The translations under genes were made by a program, and so were the position numbers. From positions 1 through 39,329 of the forward strand of contig NKIB01014961.1 of the NCBI GenBank assembly GCA_002256025.1: a stretch of 39,329 bases of DNA. Direction: 5' to 3'. The DNA is from Asterionella formosa. Lineage: Eukaryota. Numbering within the stretch: position 1 is the first letter of the stretch; each line of letters opens with the position of its first letter. Below, piece by piece: positions 34,562 to 39,329 of the stretch. The notes beneath the pieces were generated by a model. It was given only the letters and a program-made list of their open reading frames with translations, ran no database searches and had not been told where the DNA came from.

Positions 34562-36427
34562 ATGATTTCCTCGGTCGAATGGGTGCCGAAGGGTGTGGCT
34601 GATCCCACACCGAAAAAATACGAAATGAGTCCAGCGGAACGCGAACTGATAGAGCAACAGGCGAACATGGAAGAGGCTCTAGGTGACGATGACGGCAACG
34701 ACGACGAGGACGTGGACGTCGAACCAGTGAAGTCCAAAATTGTTCTGCCCCCAGTCGATCCAAAGTCACTCCCTGCAGATCTGCGCATGGACGAATATTC
34801 GGATGACGACGACGAGAATTTAGCAATCGCAGGCTCTCACATTGGCAATATGTTGGTTGGAAGAGAACATCAGATGTTTGGGACTAAGACAGGTGAGGAT
34901 GGCATGCCGGAAGAAGACATAGACGAAGAAGACGAAGACGAAGGCGACGAAACAAAGACTGAAGTTGCCATTGGTGATTCTGATAGTGACAATGATGAAT
35001 CTGATGACGATTTGGCTGATATCCCCGATACACGAGAGTATATTCCAGTCGACGTCGAAGGGCTAGAGGCGATGGGATTATCAGCTGTCAGCACCAACGG
35101 TGCCATGTACCTCGAAAATCTAGGAGACGAATCAGACGCTGAAGATAGCGACGCTGATGATTTGCGCTTGTCTCCTGATGATGCAATTATTGTTGTGGCC
35201 AAAACTGAAGAGGATTTTGCGTCCCTTGAAATTCACGTATATGAAGAGAAGTCGGGAAACTTGTTTGTCCATCATGATATACCGCTGCCATCGTTTCCAC
35301 TCTGTCTTGCCCACGGAGATATCAATAGCGACGGTCAAGCTGGGAACTACTGTGCCGTCGGAACGTTTGGGCCGGGCATTGAAGTATGGAACCTCGATGT
35401 GTTGAATGCGCTCGAACCATCTTGTATCCTGGGTGGAGAAGATACGACAGCTGCCGATGAGCTGATGAAAGCCAATATGGTGAGAGCCGCATCTGGGAAA
35501 AAGCTGAAAAAGAAGAAATACCAAAACGCCGGCCTTCGCCTTGGAAGTCACACTGATGCTGTCATGTGTCTTGCGTGGAACAAGATTCATCGACAAGTGA
35601 TTGCCAGTGGATCAGCTGATTGCACAGTCAAGATTTGGGACATTACCAAAGCAGGAGAAGCGAATGGCAAGTCCAACGCTGCTACATTTAGTCATCATAG
35701 AGAAAAGGTCCAGGCTGTAAAATGGCATCCGACAGAAGGGACACTATTGGCTACTGGATCGTATGATCGAACCGTTGCTCTATTGGACGCTCGCTCGTCA
35801 GAGCAGCATATCAAAAAGGTGAAAATAACAGCGGATTGTGAATCGCTATCATGGGATCCGCACCATCCCCAGTATCTGACATGTGCGACAGAGGATGGTG
35901 TCGTTTCCTGTTGGGATGTCAGGAAATTCGAGTCGGGCGAGCCATTATGGTCCTTTGTGGCAGAAGAGTATGGCGGTGTTAGTGACTTGAGCTACAACCC
36001 TACCGTGCCTGGATTGTTGGCAACTTGTGCAATTAACAAGACAGTGACGCTGTGGGACACATATACAAACGGAGCGCCTTCCGGTGTTCAACCGCAAGTT
36101 TGCGGAAACAAGGACATGCAAGTTGGCAAGTTGTACACCATTTCATTTTATCAATCTTCACCTTGGTTACTTGGATGTGGTGGTTCTGGTAACCAGCTTG
36201 CTTTGTGGGATATCTCCAGTGAAGCGGCTGTCATGAAGCGATTTGGAGATCGATTTTCGGGCAGTGTTTCTGCTCATGCCGACAACACAGTTGTGCAATC
36301 CAACAAGGAGCAAGATTTCGAAGCCATGATGGCCGTGGGCGACGCGGAAGTCGAACAGAAGCGCGAGGATACCAAGAAATTAAAACAAGGCAAGAACAAG
36401 AAGAAGGTTCATCGACGAGGTAAATAA
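34562..36427 (+). CDS. PWP1: Periodic tryptophan protein 1 (WD40)
   Basis: Starts MISSVEWVPKG at ATG 34562. Acidic region, then FVHHDIPLPSFPLC, AVGTFGPGIEVWNLD and HTDAVMCLAWN..ASGSADCTVKIWD. Confidence 0.93.
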   Translation: MISSVEWVPKGVADPTPKKYEMSPAERELIEQQANMEEALGDDDGNDDEDVDVEPVKSKIVLPPVDPKSLPADLRMDEYSDDDDENLAIAGSHIGNMLVGREHQMFGTKTGEDGMPEEDIDEEDEDEGDETKTEVAIGDSDSDNDESDDDLADIPDTREYIPVDVEGLEAMGLSAVSTNGAMYLENLGDESDAEDSDADDLRLSPDDAIIVVAKTEEDFASLEIHVYEEKSGNLFVHHDIPLPSFPLCLAHGDINSDGQAGNYCAVGTFGPGIEVWNLDVLNALEPSCILGGEDTTAADELMKANMVRAASGKKLKKKKYQNAGLRLGSHTDAVMCLAWNKIHRQVIASGSADCTVKIWDITKAGEANGKSNAATFSHHREKVQAVKWHPTEGTLLATGSYDRTVALLDARSSEQHIKKVKITADCESLSWDPHHPQYLTCATEDGVVSCWDVRKFESGEPLWSFVAEEYGGVSDLSYNPTVPGLLATCAINKTVTLWDTYTNGAPSGVQPQVCGNKDMQVGKLYTISFYQSSPWLLGCGGSGNQLALWDISSEAAVMKRFGDRFSGSVSAHADNTVVQSNKEQDFEAMMAVGDAEVEQKREDTKKLKQGKNKKKVHRRGK

Positions 36428-36502
36428 GCGCCTGCTGTGAGAATATGAAGAAGCTGTTGTAGTATCACAACCACATCATTTCTTAAGTGCTAGAATAAAC
36501 CC

Positions 36503-37132
36503 NNNNNNNNNNNNNNNNNNNNNNNNNNNNNNNNNNNNNNNNNNNNNNNNNNNNNNNNNNNNNNNNNNNNNNNNNNNNNNNNNNNNNNNNNNNNNNNNNN
36601 NNNNNNNNNNNNNNNNNNNNNNNNNNNNNNNNNNNNNNNNNNNNNNNNNNNNNNNNNNNNNNNNNNNNNNNNNNNNNNNNNNNNNNNNNNNNNNNNNNNN
36701 NNNNNNNNNNNNNNNNNNNNNNNNNNNNNNNNNNNNNNNNNNNNNNNNNNNNNNNNNNNNNNNNNNNNNNNNNNNNNNNNNNNNNNNNNNNNNNNNNNNN
36801 NNNNNNNNNNNNNNNNNNNNNNNNNNNNNNNNNNNNNNNNNNNNNNNNNNNNNNNNNNNNNNNNNNNNNNNNNNNNNNNNNNNNNNNNNNNNNNNNNNNN
36901 NNNNNNNNNNNNNNNNNNNNNNNNNNNNNNNNNNNNNNNNNNNNNNNNNNNNNNNNNNNNNNNNNNNNNNNNNNNNNNNNNNNNNNNNNNNNNNNNNNNN
37001 NNNNNNNNNNNNNNNNNNNNNNNNNNNNNNNNNNNNNNNNNNNNNNNNNNNNNNNNNNNNNNNNNNNNNNNNNNNNNNNNNNNNNNNNNNNNNNNNNNNN
37101 NNNNNNNNNNNNNNNNNNNNNNNNNNNNNNNN
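36503..37132. other. Assembly gap (N run)
   Basis: 630 Ns; ORF-track entries spanning it are artefacts. Confidence 0.99.
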
Positions 37133-37154
37133 CAGCAACAAGCATCAGAGCGCG

Positions 37155-38438
37155 ATGATGAGTCCCCTTCTGAACTCAACCCCCAATGACGACGACCCGT
37201 TGAGTCCTCCTTCCATAGACGATGTGTTTCCTACACAATCATCGCGAGTACTGGACCGCGACGGAGACAACCACCAATCCCGAGGTCATTGGGGTGTGCA
37301 GCGACTAAGGTCTGGGGCCCGACTGCGACAAGGGTCGAGAAGTCGGCTGCAACGATTTTGGGAAAACTGGTTTCATTCTCTGGCCTACAAGCCGACTTTT
37401 CAGTTAATGGCAATTATTTTCATGCTTTACTGTGGTGCAGTGTTCTTTTTCGCTGGGGTCTATCTAGGCATTGCCATGCTAGGAAATAGCAATTTGCCTG
37501 GTGGTGAAGGAAGTTTCTGTCGCATGGACATCAACAATCACATGGACGCACTGTACTTCAGCTTGTCAACCATGACCACGATTGGATACGGTGTGTCCGA
37601 CTATTATTTCGGGGACTGCTGGACGCCGCTGCTGCTGGTTTTGTGGCAATCTTGCACGGCTATCGCCTTCCAATCTGTAGCCATTGGACTCTTGTTTCAA
37701 AGGATCTCGAGAGGACAAAAGAGAGGCAAAACAATCATCTTTTCCGATAAAGCTGTGGTGCAAAGGGTCAAGGGAGTACCACATTTCATGTTTCGAGTTG
37801 CTGAAATGAGAAGCCATTTTTTGATTGAAGCTCATGTGAGATGCTATTGCTTGCGACATGAGCGATGTATATCGCCAGACAATGTGAATCAAGTGGAGAC
37901 CACGCTTTTCTTGACACGGCATATGAAGCTCTTGCATCCAGATGAATCCATAGGGAGCCACATTCTCATGACTTTGCCACAAGTGATTGTGCATCGGATG
38001 GATGAACTGTCACCGTTGGTCCCAAATGATCCCATCTGGTATGATGCAAATGGAAGTGAACACACCACCTTGGTTGACACGAACAACCATAACCCATCCT
38101 TACAGCTTGACCATTCTACCACTGCCAATGACCGCATGCAGCACTTTCTCAGGGATCGTCAAGCCGAAATCGTAGTTTTAGTGGAAGGTACAGATGAAAT
38201 CACAGGTTCCACCGTTCAAGCAAGACATTCGTATAGAGTCGACGACATTGCATGGGACCACACCTTTCAGAATTGTATTCTTCCCTACAGCCAACATCAG
38301 AGTGAAAACTGTAACTGGATGCAACAACGTTGTGATCGACGGTTGGAGGATCCCATTTGCGCTGTGGACTACGCCAAGTTTCACAATGTCGTTCCCGTGT
38401 CACCGGATTCTCTATCGTGTCCGTATATTCCCAGATGA
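37155..38438 (+). CDS. Inward-rectifier potassium channel (Kir family)
   Basis: M1 helix, pore LYFSLSTMTTIGYG, M2 helix and cytoplasmic motifs IIFSDKAVV, FMFRVAEMR..LIEAHVR, VIVHRMDELSPL, EIVVLVEG and QARHSY. The start lies 22 nt from the gap, so the 5' end is uncertain. Confidence 0.92.
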   Translation: MMSPLLNSTPNDDDPLSPPSIDDVFPTQSSRVLDRDGDNHQSRGHWGVQRLRSGARLRQGSRSRLQRFWENWFHSLAYKPTFQLMAIIFMLYCGAVFFFAGVYLGIAMLGNSNLPGGEGSFCRMDINNHMDALYFSLSTMTTIGYGVSDYYFGDCWTPLLLVLWQSCTAIAFQSVAIGLLFQRISRGQKRGKTIIFSDKAVVQRVKGVPHFMFRVAEMRSHFLIEAHVRCYCLRHERCISPDNVNQVETTLFLTRHMKLLHPDESIGSHILMTLPQVIVHRMDELSPLVPNDPIWYDANGSEHTTLVDTNNHNPSLQLDHSTTANDRMQHFLRDRQAEIVVLVEGTDEITGSTVQARHSYRVDDIAWDHTFQNCILPYSQHQSENCNWMQQRCDRRLEDPICAVDYAKFHNVVPVSPDSLSCPYIPR

Positions 38439-38479
38439 AGCCCACTCCTTGAGGTTCTCATAATTTTGCAGCTATACAT

Positions 38480-38523
38480 GTCATTCCTATAGAACACCAT
38501 GGTCATTCCTATTGAACAACATG
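38480..38523 (+). repeat. 22-bp tandem repeat x2
   Basis: gtcattcctatagaacaccatg followed by gtcattcctattgaacaacatg. Confidence 0.75.
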
Positions 38524-38944
38524 GTCACATTTGGCAAGCTTTACTTGTTATTGATTTGGGTATCCTCAATGTTTTCAACGTCACCGAACAGGTTTCGCGT
38601 CATCCACATCATTCACATTCATTGCATAAAATACAAATTCTTCCATTATTCCAGCTTAACTTAGCCCGTCCACACCCCTGCTTTCGAAGTCATCAAAGTA
38701 TTTGTCCCAAAAATATTTTAAATTCATCTCTCCTTTTCGAAGCTTCCCTCCTTCCTTGTTCAAACGCCGCAGTCTATCTTTGTGGTGCAAGGAACATGCA
38801 TACCGTTTTTCCCCGTTGACCATTGGAATATATCCCTTTTTACAAGGAGTATAAGGCAATGTACAGCCGTCTCCAAATTTGATTGTAACTTCCTTCATGG
38901 CCTGACCTTGTGGCGTCATGGTGGATGACGCTAGTTGCGTATAG

Positions 38945-39304
38945 TGCGAGCCTCCATACAGGTCTCCCCTGCTGGAAGTTGGATATCCACAAACAAACCC
39001 CCAAGGAACTGACGGAGTGATACTAGCAGCGATACGATATCATTCGCTTGGTAAGATTCCACAGTCATTGGAAAAGGCAGATGCTCCAGGTGAGGGTCTA
39101 TGGGACTCAAAGATGGTGGTGTCGTCTCGTGCGCGTTTTCTTGCAAGGAGTCGACCTGAGGATCGAGCGTTCATGGTTGCTTCGTTTGGATTACTTGTCC
39201 TTTTCGTCATTAGTTCTTTGTATTATTTTATTATACACGTACTTTATGGTTTGGATCCCTTTTCCGGTACTCTTCCTTCTTTAGAGGAAGGCAACGCAAC
39301 GTAA
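38945..39304 (+). other. Possible terminal exon or gene remnant encoding a C-terminal transmembrane segment
   Basis: Stop-free frame from 38945 (after ..gtatag) reading CEPPYRSPLLEVGYP...FMVASFGLLVLFVISSLYYFIIHVLYG. No clear upstream exon. Confidence 0.35.
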
Positions 39305-39329
39305 TAAAGCAAGAAAAGTAGCGATGATA

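Noticed and set aside
36476..37179. Three ~220-aa minus-strand ORFs
   Set aside because: They are translations of the N gap.
1..39329. CRISPR arrays, rRNA/tRNA genes, prokaryotic operons and the many short antisense or overlapping ORFs
   Set aside because: No repeat-spacer periodicity or cloverleaf was seen; the DNA is intron-containing eukaryotic; the short ORFs are shadows of real genes or TE debris.

Overview
Eukaryotic nuclear DNA, most likely from a diatom. This is an inference from the short GT-AG introns, compact genes and bipartite signal+transit peptides. About 13 intact host genes are present: RCE1 CAAX protease, two divergent TPR genes, NSE2/MMS21, a plastid-type methyltransferase, QTRT1, a CCDC6-like protein, a Yae1-like protein, a putative thylakoid-lumen protein, an MRB1590-like ABC-class ATPase, a 3xFAS1 fasciclin, PWP1 and a Kir channel. 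They are interleaved with decayed mobile DNA: a piggyBac-like transposase relic, a Plavaka/CACTA-like relic with a convergent Ulp1-like protease ORF, a Ty3/gypsy relic, a possible solo LTR, two foldback elements and several tandem duplications. The best-supported unannotated structure is a ~300-bp GC-rich, A-tailed SINE-like insertion (10765-11065) flanked by a perfect 15-bp target-site duplication inside the piggyBac relic. Also notable are intergenic clusters of TACC(W)GGTA/GGTACC words and long CpG-free tracts around the transposon. There is a 630-nt assembly gap. All family calls come from motif recognition by eye; no searches were run.
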